This document shows positions 12,611-23,924 of a stretch of 41,426 nucleotides of DNA, one piece after another. Below the pieces are notes generated by a model. It had not been told where the DNA came from, searched no databases, and saw nothing but the letters and a program-made list of their open reading frames with translations. Position 1 is the first letter of the stretch. Every line of letters starts with the position of its first letter. The stretch covers positions 89,960,495 through 90,001,920 of the forward strand of contig NC_068986.1 in assembly GCF_001194135.2 (NCBI RefSeq), read 5' to 3'. The position numbers were made by a program, and so were the translations under genes. This DNA comes from Octopus bimaculoides (taxonomy: Eukaryota).

Positions 12611-13913
12611 TCCATCAAGGTTAGCTTTACCTTTGATATTTTAGGGATCAATAAAAAGAAAGTACCAATCTTGGTCAATGAATTAATGGAACTGTTAAAA
12701 AGTTTGGTAATGATGGTGTCTTGTGGTATTTGTCCCAGCTCTTAGCATTCTGACAGCAATGCCATCAACGACACTGGTGCCAAATTGTATTGGCTTAAAG
12801 TCAGCAACCTTTCCTTTGGATAAATATGGGTGGTAGGGAGAGATGAGATTTGTATGCATAGACTACTGCTAGTCTTTCTCAAAAACTCTTACCCTGACCT
12901 GCACATGTATGTCTATATGCATGATCAACATTGACCGACAGAAACCTTAGATAGTCAGTATGGTAGTAATATATTAGCACTGACTAAATTTGATTATAAG
13001 GTAAATATTAGACTTATATAATGTTAACCTACATGGAAGATAGAACTGTTTGCTTGTTAATGACATTGGTCAATACAGCAGAGACAACTGGTAGTGGTGG
13101 TGTAAATAGTGGTTGAAAAAGAGCCTTGTATGCCAAGACAGGGAAAGACCATGTTAGATAGAAAAATACACGGAGAGAAATGAAGTGATGTCTCAGGATG
13201 CTGGTCACCACAGTCGTGCAGCCACATAATTTAGGGGGATTAAAGATGTCAGTATTAAAAAAAAACTCACATAAAGAAGTACAAGATACCAAAACAGTAT
13301 GTTGGCAGAATCATGACAGCATTGGATATAATTCCCACACTGTTTTTGTTTCGAATCTTGGCAGAACGATTATAGTGTTGGATGAAAGGCTTGCTGTATC
13401 TGTTCCATCATTTGGTATAGTGACAACACTGGTGCCACGCTGTGTCAGATCTAAAGTGGCAGCCTTTTTCTTGGACAGCATTGGTGATGTAGAGAGGGAA
13501 GACTTGCATGCATAAGTTGGCTGCCAGTCATCATCACCATTATCCAATGTCTTTTCTTCCATGCTGGCATGGATCAAATAGTTTGGCATGAGTAGACAAG
13601 CCAGAGGACGGTGCCAAGCTCCAATGTCTGCTTGGCATGGTTTCTACAACTGGATGCCCTTCCTAACACCAGCCACATCACAGAATGTACCAGTTCCTTT
13701 TTTTCATGGTACCAATCCAGTTTTCAACAAAAATCTTGTGCAGATACATGTCCACCTTGACCAGCAGGGGCTTGATATGAGACATCAACAACTTAGTTTG
13801 GTTTGTATTGAGGACAGATGGGTTCTAATTTGGGCGATATTCATTAAGTGACTATTCGCTAACTGCTATTTTTTTTACCTCAACTAATTCATGATTTACT
13901 TTCTTGTCTTCAG

Positions 13914-14004
13914 AGAAGTGATGGAAAAATCCTTCCCCACGTATTATGATTATTATGAATCTGTATGTAAAGCCAACCTCCTGAAGCAGGGGCAGACAAT
14001 GCTG
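13914..14004 (+). CDS. UBE2Z: UBE2Z exon (EVMEKSFPTYYDYYESVCKANLLKQGQTML)
   Basis: cttcAG acceptor and GTAAGT donor at 14005; 91 nt, phase-compatible; resembles human VMEKSFLEYYDFYE...QGQTM. Confidence 0.94.
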
Positions 14005-14298
14005 GTAAGTACTGCTGTTTTTACTGACACCAACCTGCAGCTCGTGCTGTCTCCTGTCTTTACTGCAACACCAGCCAGTCTAGGTTCATGATGACAATTA
14101 AAATAATGGACGTTAAAATAATGCAGAGCATAAAGGAAGCAGTGCTATTTAAGTACAGATACATTGGTCAATTACACCAACAGTAACCTTGATGGTGTTG
14201 TGTTAAGTTCTGTTGAAACATTACAATAGTGTGAAGTAAGCTAATCAAGCATTACAGAATATGGGTTCCCTTATACTTCACTGCAGGATATGATTTAA

Positions 14299-14517
14299 CC
14301 CTTTAGTATTTAAACCGGCCATATCCAGCCAAAATGTTTAATCTGTTTTATGTTCAAACTGACCAGATCCAGGCTCTCACACCTACACTACAATGTTATT
14401 CTACATTAAGTACTTACACCATCAAGATCTTGAAGATATGAGATAATGCATGCTTAATTCAAATCAATGTGAATCAATAAGCATTATGTTTGATAGAATA
14501 ATCTGAACACTAAAGAG
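14299..14517. mobile_element. TTAA-flanked piggyBac-like MITE
   Basis: TTAA|CCCTTTAGT...ACTAAAGAG|TTAA; 219 bp; interior similar to 14691-14910. Confidence 0.78.
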
Positions 14518-14690
14518 TTAAGAGTGATTTAGTTGACATTTCTAACACATCCTACTGTCACAATAGACACTTTTTCATTACCTCACTTGTGCTTTGTTGC
14601 TTTGGTTATATTTAACCTCAAGTGAATCCTGGCTTAAGCAGATCTTTGATCAAAGATGTTCAAGCTGTGACAATCCCAGAATCTCTTTAA

Positions 14691-14910
14691 CCCTATCGCA
14701 TTTAAGCTGGTCGTATCCAACCAAAATATTCTACTTGTTTTATGTTTAAATTGGCCAGATCTAGCTTCTCACACCTACTCTACAATATCTTTGTGAAAAT
14801 GAACAACTACATTATTGAAATCTCAAAGTTATGATATAATGTGTGATTAATTCAAAACGATGTGATTAAATAAGCAATACATTTGAGATAGTAATCCAGA
14901 CGTTAAAGGG
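14691..14910. mobile_element. TTAA-flanked piggyBac-like MITE, same family as 14299-14517
   Basis: TTAA|CCCTAT...TAAAGGG|TTAA; 220 bp; shares CCAAAAT..T...TGTTTTATGTT and TCTCACACCTAC motifs with the neighbouring copy. Confidence 0.75.
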
Positions 14911-15264
14911 TTAACCAACATGTCCTTTTCTAAACTTATAGGAAGTAATTTGAGGAAGCTTTGGCTGCTATTTTTAGCAAGTCAGGTGACCATGTAGAGC
15001 GGTTATCATGGATAAACTACAGTCTGCAGGACTTACTGAATGGCATGCTAACAAAACATCACCTTGAATTATTTTTAGTAGTGTTGCCCACTTGTTGATG
15101 AGCCATGTCTCATGTGACCTGATTCTTGAAAAGAAGGCTGGTTATGCCTGGTATAGGGGTTTCCTTGATTTGTGGTGGTGGTAGTGGTGGCAATGATAGC
15201 TGTCGGAGATAAAGTGTGTAACCAATGTCTTAAGATTTGGTTTCTCTTCTGTTTACTTTCGCAG

Positions 15265-15423
15265 GATCCTTTCGGTGACAAACGAGGCTCATTTGACTAC
15301 CAGTCCCTATTAAAGAGGCTCCATGCCATCAAGAAGAAACTAGAAGAGAAACAAATAGCATCGGATGAAGAAGGGTCATCAGACTCAGAAAGTGACATTG
15401 TGAATGACTCCAGTCAAAGCTGA
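15265..15423 (+). CDS. UBE2Z: UBE2Z terminal coding exon ([19 protein letters not shown]...SSQS*)
   Basis: tcgcAG acceptor; DPFGxKRGxFDYQSLL motif; acidic Ser-rich tail; TGA at 15421-15423. Confidence 0.95.
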   Translation, partial: DPFGDKRGSFDYQSLLKRLHAIKKKLEEKQIASDEEGSSDSESDIVNDSSQS

Positions 15424-17310
15424 TGTTTGTCGCCCACTACAAGTGACTGGACAACCATCGATTGGAGGCAGTGGGGTGGGACACAGATGGACTACAATGA
15501 TAAGTTGTGTTGCTGTTGGCTGCCAAAAGTACATCGATACTATGGCTACAGAACACCTCTCTCACTCTCTCTCTTTCTTTCTTTCTCCTCTCCTACCTTG
15601 ATTCATTGTGATATGAGCTTCAGACAGTCTCAATGTATAAATCCGGTAAACCTCTTTTTTTAACCCTCCCACTTGTCCAGCCATACATACACACATGCAT
15701 GTGCCTCCTGTTTCCTCTTTATCTTTCTTCATTGTCTTTTGCAGTGCGGAAACGGTAATGAGCAGGGAGCATTTGTTAAATCTGAAGACCTGAAGATCTA
15801 CTTTCTGCTCTTTTCTAACTTAAAGCAATCGCCCTGCTGGTTTGTCCAGCTGTTGTTGCTTTATGTCTGTATATAAGGTTGGTGGAACAAACAGGAAAAT
15901 ATAGAACTCAATACATGAATATATTTTCAATTAATAGAAAAGTTACAAAAGTGACTCAAGGGTCAACGGTTTTGTGCATACCACTTACAAAAATTTGGTA
16001 AGTACTGGGTGCAAATCTCTTAGACCTTGTGTCATGTTTGTACTTCTCTGCTGATGTATGTTTGTGTGTGTGTGTGGATGTGGTTTTTATGTATGTATAT
16101 GTGAGTTCTGGTTTTGTTTTAGAAACTTCTCACCAATACAAATTGTCTCCAGTCCAGAAGCAAGGCTCTCAGTGGAATCTTGACTGCATCAACTAGGTAG
16201 CCATGCATGGCTGTGCATGCAAACATATCGTTATGTGTGAAGTTGTGTATATATCTGTGTGTGTGTATGTTATTTTTTAAGCTGAAAGTCCTTCAGTAAT
16301 TTTTGATATGCCAGTTTCGTGCGTAACACATAAAAATGAAAACTGTCCATTTTTAGAGTGTTGTTTCTAGCTAATAAAGAATATTCTGATAGATTCTGAA
16401 AAACATTGATTAGGCCCACACTGTAAACAGTGCACAAATTTGAATTCTAATATAAATGATCAATAAAAATAATATTAAGGCTGTAATAGTTAATTTAATT
16501 CCAAAAAAAGAAAATGTGTTTATGTATAGATTGCCTCAGTAATATATATATATATATATATATTTCTATATATATATATATTTGTCTAATTCATGCTAGC
16601 ATGGAAAGACAGGTGTAAAAACAAACAAATGAATATATATATATATGTACAGTTGTACGTATTTTTGATTTGTACCATTGAACTGCAGCCATACTAGAAC
16701 ACTGTCCATGTTTGTGTAAGAGTGTATGTGTGTCTACACATGCAGATCTGTTAAGATGTAAGAAAATATATACATATATAAGTATCAAGTACTTGTGTGT
16801 ACTTAAATGTATGCTTATTCTTATACATGTATGTACACACAGGAAAATTTACAACGTGCAAATTTTCCAGTTATATAATGTAACTTAAAGTGTGTATATA
16901 CACAAGATATGCTGTATGTCAATGTAGAAATTGTGAGACAATGCAAAAGTTGTTGGTGACATAGGAAGTATCGGTGAGTATGATTATATTTGTGTGTTTG
17001 TGGTGCATGTGTATACACACACTTTGTATGTATATAGATATACACATAAATATATGCTGTTCACATATTTGTCTGCCAAAAGACTTCAGGTTGTCAACAG
17101 ATTTCCTTCATATCTAGTAATATCTAGAATGAATAATAATACTAATAATGATTTTTTTTTTTGTTTATAATTATATAGTTCATTGTGTTATTTTATTTAT
17201 TTTTTTTAATCGTTATTTTAAAAAAACAAATTCTGTTATTTTTTACTGGATATTCTGTATCTAAAACTATTTTCTTTATTAATAAACATTAAAGATATTG
17301 CTGTAGTTGT
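15424..17310 (+). other. UBE2Z: Probable UBE2Z 3' UTR with candidate poly(A) signals
   Basis: AT/TG-rich sequence with no recognisable transposons. AATAAA at 16373, 16462 and 17281, the last followed by GT-rich sequence. The true end needs transcript data. Confidence 0.5.
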
Positions 17311-17424
17311 CTCCCTTACTACTTGAAACTTTATCTTTGATGAACAGTTTTCACTTTCTTTTCACCATATAATAATATCTAGTTATCTTTTTATCTTTTC
17401 TAGCAGGGATTAGACGAACAGAAA

Positions 17425-18900
17425 TGGCCCAAACCACTTCAGATGACCCACCACCTCTGCTACAATCGCCACTACCTCGTCCAAGATGTCATCTCAGTAG
17501 GGGTTAGCCCCTTCCACTCTGACCTCTCCCAATATAGTCTTGAGATTTCTTTCCAAAATCTTTAGTGCAGAGTTCATTTCAAATCCCAGCCTGGTCAAGC
17601 TGTTCGTCTTGTACTTTATAAGCTGGTATTTCCACAACTTTGTGAAGCTGTAGATAGGCTGACTTCAAATCTGCTCTCATGGAAACCCAGTCTTCTGTCT
17701 CCACTCTCTCACAGTCTCTCTACCAGTATAACATACAACACAGTTGTTCATCTTCCAAAAATCCATCGATGGTTAAGCTTTATTCTTTCTTTATTGAACA
17801 ACTGCCATCCGTGGCAGCACCCCATTCTTCACCTTTTCTTCCCAAGCCATTAAAATACCTTCCTCAATCCACTTTCCACATCCCTCCACCACACCTATCT
17901 TAAATAGCCCACATAACAACACCTTTTTGTTTTTCAACCCTGGAGGCTCACCCTTCTAGAACCACTTGATTCCATTGCTTGCCATCAAACATCATCATCA
18001 TCATCATCATCGTTTAACGTCCGCTTTCCATGCTAGCATGGGTTGGACGATTTAACTGAGAACTGGTGAAACCCGATGGCTACACCAGGCTCCAATCTGA
18101 TTTGGCAGAATTTCTACAGCTGGATGCCCTTCCTAACGCCAACCACTCAGAGAGTGTAGTGGGTGCTTTTACGTGTCACTGGCACGAAGGCCAGTCAGGC
18201 GGGACTGGCAACGGCCGTGCTCAAATTGGGTTATTTTATGTGCCACCCGCACAAGAGCCAGTCCAGGGGCACTGGCAACGATCTTGCTCGAAAGTCCTAG
18301 CACATGCTGCGGGCACAAGTGCCAGAAAGGCGACGCTGGGCACAGGTGCCAAACATAACATGGAAATTCATGTCTTCCATCTTATGAGGAACATCCACCC
18401 TTCCTTAGCTCACTTTGATAATTCTAGTTCTATCTCTTCTGCTGCACACTTACAGCACATCATGCCCTTCCAAACCCTACCATTTCCTCACTGACCAGAA
18501 TGCCTCCCAGCCTGCTGATTACATCCCTCCTTATCACTTCTTAACATCAAATCCTTTAACAGTGATGGTTTATTACTATCACCTTGATCATCAACTCCAC
18601 TGCCAGTACTTTACTTTGAACTTCTCTCCCATTAATTGCTCTTATACAGCTCATTCCACCCCAGCTATCCATAGGCCTTGCAATCACAAGGGCAGTTGTG
18701 CAGTTTATCTCAGCCAGCGTTCTCCTCAACCAGTACTAGTTGACAAAGCAGCTACTGGCACAGAAGCTCCTTTCCTGTTTCCCAGGCTGCAGTGAATCAC
18801 TTTCTGACCAGCCTGGTCGCCAGTAACAGATCAATTCTGAACAGCCTGCACAGATGATTTGCTTATAGTGATCAAATGTTTATGTTGCACACTAGCTCAT
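17425..18900 (-). mobile_element. Ty3/gypsy-like LTR retrotransposon remnant (Zn-knuckle-like, protease-like and RT segments)
   Basis: Manual minus-strand translation across stops and frameshifts: KWIEEGILMAWEEKVKNGVLPRMAVVQ*RKNKA*PSMDF, ADLKSAYLQLH, KLWKYQLIKYK..LTRLGF and PY*DDIL (decayed YIDD). The upstream protease- and gag-like segments are weaker. Confidence 0.72.
17993..18349 (-). mobile_element. RTE 3'-end copy inserted in the gypsy remnant, 7-bp TSD
   Basis: Matches the 3' UTR of 18903-20581. TSD CAAACAT at 17986-17992 and 18350-18356. Confidence 0.85.
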
Positions 18901-18902
18901 TC

Positions 18903-20581
18903 ACCATCATCATCGTCGTTTAACATCCACTTTCTATGCTGGCATGGGTTGGACGGTTTGACTGAGGACTGGCAAGCCAGAAGGCTGTGCCAGGCTCCAT
19001 TCTGATCTGGCAAGGTTTCTACAGCTGGATGCTCTTCCTAATGCCAACCACTCTGAGAGTGTAGTGGGTACTTTTTACATGTCACTGGCACGGGGGCCAG
19101 TCAGGCGGTATTGGCATCAATCGCACTTGAATGGTGCTTTTTACGTGTCCCTTGTATGGAAGTCAGTCAGATAGCACTGGCAACAACCCATGCTCTAATG
19201 GTGCTTTTTATGTGCCACAAGCATGGGTGCCAATCATACGGTACTGGCATTGGTCACAACAATGACTTCACTTGACTCAACAGGTCCTCGCAATCAGAGT
19301 TTATTGCCTAATGATTGAAGGGTACTCTTAGATGGACCAATTATGCTGCACTGGCATAGGCCACGGGTTATGGTCTCACTTGGCTTGCCGGGTCTTCTCA
19401 AGCACAGCATATCTCCAAAGGTCTCAGTCACTTGTCATCGCCTCTGTAAGGCTCAACGTTCAAAGGTCATGCTTCACCACCTCATCCCATGTCTTCTTGG
19501 GTTTACCTCTTCCACAGGATCCTTCCACTGTTAGGGTGTGACACTTCACATGACCATACCAGCACAGTCGTCTCTCTTGCACACCACCTCTGATGCTTTT
19601 TATGTCCACTTTCTCTTTCAGGGTGCTTACACTCTATCGTGTATGCACACTGACATTGTATATCCAGCAGAGCATACTAACTACGTTTCATTCAAGCCTG
19701 TGCATGTCCTCAGCAGTTACAGCTCATGTTTCACTGCTGTGTGGTATAGCTGTTCACACACAGGCATCACACAGTCTACCTTTTACTGAGAGAGAGGCCC
19801 TTTGTTACTAGCAGAGGTAGGAACTCTCTGAACTCTGCCCAGGCTATTCTTATTCTAGCAGCTACACTCTCAGAGTATCCACCCCCGCCACTGACTTGGT
19901 CACAGAGGTAATGGAAGCTATCAACTACCTCTAGTTTTCCTCCATGGCATGTGACAGGAGCTGTTTCCTGCACATTTTCAGTGTTTATTACCTCTGAGCA
20001 TTTGTCACACACAAAAACTACCTTCCCAGTTGGCCTTCCTTTGATATTGCTGCACCTCTTATGTGTCCATAGCTTACACCAGGTACATCTTATGGAGTTT
20101 CTACCTTTGCCTTTTCTACAGATGAAGCAGGGCTATCTACCTGAAGAGATTTGTGATATGTCTGCCCCCCCTACTTATTAAGACTTTGGATTTTGCTAGA
20201 ATGACTGTGAGGCTCTTTGATTCTAGACCTTGCTTCCACACCTGAAACTTCTCTAGTTCTGATAGTGACTCAGCTATTAGAGCAAGGTCATCAGCATAGA
20301 AGAGCTCTCAGGGGCATCCTGTCTTGAATTCCTCTGTTATTTCCTGGAGGACTATGATGAATAAAAGGACGCTGAGGACTGATCCTTGGTGTACCCCTAC
20401 TCCTACCCGGAATTCTTCACTGTATTCGTTGCCAACCCTCACCTTACTGACAGCATCCTTGTACAGCTCTCATTAACCACTCATCTATCCCTAGTTTCTG
20501 CATTGACCACCAGATAAGGGATCAGGGGACCCTGTCAAAGGCTTTCTGTATGTCAACAAAAGCCAAGTACAGAGGTTCGTT
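18903..20581 (-). mobile_element. 5'-truncated RTE-clade LINE (decayed RT, 3' UTR, (GAT)n tail)
   Basis: Manual translation gives LYLAFVDIQKAFDRVP*, GVHQGSVLS, FYADD (YADD at 20287-20298) and LEVVDSFHYLCDQVS...ARIRIAWAEFRE. It has stops and frameshifts and runs into the ...GTTAAACGA(T/C)GATGATG-type tail shared by many short copies. Confidence 0.92.
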
Positions 20582-20820
20582 TTATCAAATCATTAGTACC
20601 TGTACAGCTGCATAGTGTACCACATATAGGATGTTGATATTATTGCAGAGCAACGCACCACCTAGTCAGAGCATCAAGCCCGTGATCTCATGATCATGAG
20701 TGCAACACCCTAACCACTAGGCTATGTGCCCTCTACTTTGTAGGCATAGTTTAATTGCACCACCAAGCTCCTAGTGGCCTTTAATGGAATTCATTACATT
20801 GCAAATACTTCAGAATCCTC

Positions 20821-22007
20821 TACGAGTTGATAAAAAAGTATGATTTTTGTCAACACAAATTCAAGCATTCTAATACATAGCTAACTTCAGTCTGTCCTTT
20901 GCACATGTACATTCATTAGATACTTGACACTTTAACATAGTTCAAGGAGAACTTGCAACAAGACAAGTTGTATTGTCTGCTAGCAATCATGCTGAAAATA
21001 GAAAACCTGACACATTATGCTCTTTTTTATTTCACAAAATGGCAAGAAGCTACAGAAACCTGCAGGATGATATGTGCTTGTACAGAGAGGTTACTGTTAT
21101 GGAATATGTGTGCCAGAAGGCATTTTCAAGATTTCAATCAAGGAATTTTGCAGAACTTGTTCTGGCCAACCAATGGAGATAAATAGCAACCAAATGATCA
21201 AACAGGATGATCACAAATGTTATTCAAACATCCAAATCAAGTTTTGAAAATTGTCTGTATCAACTTTGGTTACATCAGCAAGCTCAATGTTTGGGTCCCG
21301 CATCAATTGAATATGGCTAACTTTGCCCAATGCTTTTCCATCTGTGATTTATAGCAGCAGCATGAAGAAAATGATCCTTTCTTTTCCAAAGAGAATGGTG
21401 ATGGGACGAAAAATGGATCATCTATAATATGAAGTGTAAATGATCGTAGAAGTGCAGTGAATCACCACAAACAACTTCCAAAGCAAGACTTCACTTCCAA
21501 AAAGGTTATGCATTCAATTTGGTGGGATTCAAAGGGCTTGGTCTTTTACAAGCTTCTTCCCATGGACAGGACTATCAATTCAGATGTGTACTGTGACCAG
21601 CTGGACAAATTGAATGCAGCAATTCACCGGAAGCATCCAGCATCTACTCATTGTAAGGACCCTATCTTTCATCATGACAATGCCAGACTGCACACTTCAG
21701 AAGTTACTGGGGCTCGGCTGGAGAGTTTTGTTGCACCCTCCATAATTGCCCAACCTCGCACCTTCTGACTTCCACCTATTTCATCTCGTCAAAATTCACT
21801 GATTAGTCAGACCTCCAACTCACCTAGAAGAGTTCTTTGCTAGTAAGGACAGGAAATTCTTTGAGCAGAAAATGGATCTGCCCACAACATGGATGAAGAT
21901 ATTGGCATGAAAGAGTAATTATATCATTGATAGAATAAATCACCGTGTTTAAAACTTGTGTCTTATTGTCACTTTAAAACCAAACAGTCTTTTTGACCAA
22001 CCCAATA
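20821..22007 (+). mobile_element. Decayed mariner (DD34D-type) DNA transposon
   Basis: WVPHQL at 21292-21309, DEKWI, IWWDSKG...FHHDNAR (ORF 21457-21768) and PNLAPSDFHLF. Right TIR ...CTTTTTGACCAACCCAA followed by TA; left TIR is degenerate near 20821. Confidence 0.88.
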
Positions 22008-22088
22008 GTTCTCCAACCTTGAGATAGACATCAGATTCTAACAACAGCAAGCAATCATTTGTAGATTGTTTCAATTTAGATTAAGTCC

Positions 22089-23366
22089 ATCATCATAATC
22101 ATCATTGTTTAATATCCACTTCCCATGCTGACATGGGTTGGACAGTTTGAGGGCTGGCAAGCCAGAAGGCAGCACTGGGCCCCAATCAGATCTGGCGGTT
22201 TCTACAACTGGATGCCCTTCCTAACGCCAACCACTCCAAGAGTGTAGTGGATGCTTTTTATGTACCACTGGCATGAGAGTCAATCTGGTGGTACTGGCAT
22301 CAACCATGCTTGAATGGTGGTGCTTATTTGCCACCAGCATGGGCGCCAGTCAGGCAGCACTGTCATCAGCCACGGCAATGACTTCACTTGACTCAACAGG
22401 TTATCACAAGCATGGTTTATTGCCCAATAGCTGAAGGGTACTGCACTAGCATAGGCCACGGTTACAATCTCACATGGCTTGCTGGGTCTCCTGAAGCACA
22501 GCATATCTCCAAAGGTCTTGGTGACTTGTCATCACTTCCATCATCATCATCATCATCGTTTAACGTCTGCTTTCCATGCTAGCATGGGTTGGACGATTTG
22601 ACTGAGGACTGATGAAACCGGATGGCAACACCAGGCTCCAGTCTGATTTGGCAGAGTTTCTACAGCTGGATGCCCTTCCTAATGCCAACCACTCAGAGAG
22701 TGTAGTGGGTGCTTTTACGTGTCACCCGCACGAAAACGGCCACGCTCGAAATGGTGTCTTATGTGCCACCCGCACNNNNNNNNNNNNNNNNNNNNNNNNN
22801 NNNNNNNNNNNNNNNNNNNNNNNNNNNNNNNNNNNNNNNNNNNNNNNNNNNNNNNNNNNNNNNNNNNNNNNNNNNNNNNNNNNNNNNNNNNNNNNNNNNN
22901 NNNNNNNNNNNNNNNNNNNNNNNNNNNNNNNNNNNNNNNNNNNNNNNNNNNNNNNNNNNNNNNNNNNNNNNNNNNNNNNNNNNNNNNNNNNNNNNNNNNN
23001 NNNNNNNNNNNNNNNNNNNNNNNNNNNNNNNNNNNNNNNNNNNNNNNNNNNNNNNNNNNNNTGTTAGGGTGTGGCACTTTTTCACGCAGCTATCCTCCTC
23101 CATTCTCACATGTCCATACCAGCGCAATCGTCTCTCTTGCACGCCACAACTGATGCTTCTAATGTTCAGCTTTTCTCTCAAGATACTTACACTCTGACGG
23201 GTATTCACATTGACATTACACATCCAACGGAGCATACTGGCTTCATTCCTTGCGAGCTTACGTATGTCCTCAGCAGTTACAGGTCATGCTTCACCACTTC
23301 ATCCTAGGTCTACCTCTTCCACAACTTCCCTCTACTGCTAGGGTGTGACACTTTACCACACAGCTG
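22089..23366 (-). mobile_element. Two nested or tandem RTE LINE 3' portions spanning the assembly gap
   Basis: Two (GAT)n tails at about 22089 and 22539. 23062-23235 encodes MLRWMCNV...ERRLRWYGHV, the typical RTE ORF C-terminus. Confidence 0.88.
22776..23061. other. Assembly gap (286 N)
   Basis: Run of N bases within an RTE copy. Confidence 1.
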
Positions 23367-23924
23367 TGGAAAAAAACAGATTTGATCCAGTAGAAAAAAA
23401 GTTTACATTAAAATTTGGAGCAACGTTATAGGAGAGTAACGCTACCAATCAAGTTTAGATCTAAATAGCTTTTTTATTTTTAAAGCAAAACATTTATCTT
23501 AGCTTCAATGATAGATGAAAGCATGAAGAATTTCATTGTTTTATTCCCATGCAACAAAAATTTATCAAAAAAAGTTGTGAGGTAAAATATGAAAAAAATA
23601 TAAGCAAGGTAAAAAATTATATCTAAGTATAATTAACTTTTTTTATTTTAAAAACAAACTATATTTTAATTAAGCTTAAATGATAGAGTTTGATTTGAGG
23701 AATTACATGGTATTATTCTCATGCAATGGAGTTTTAATAGAAAAAAGTTATGAGTGTTTGTTTCTCAAATTTGAGGGTGATTATATAGTTCTATAAGGGG
23801 ACTTTTATATATGTCACTGGTGTCATTGAGGTAAGGAAAAACTTATCACAGACATTGCTAATTGACACATTTGACATTATTAATTAGCATAATAGCATAG
23901 CCTGGAAAAAAAATACAGATTACT

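Noticed and set aside
14642-14657. Short perfect palindrome ATCTTTGATCAAAGAT (a similar hairpin lies at 39851-39870)
   Set aside because: Expected by chance in 41 kb of AT-rich DNA, with no supporting context.
22612-23235. Long ORFs containing X runs
   Set aside because: Artifacts of translation through the N gap. Only the RTE C-terminal part is meaningful.
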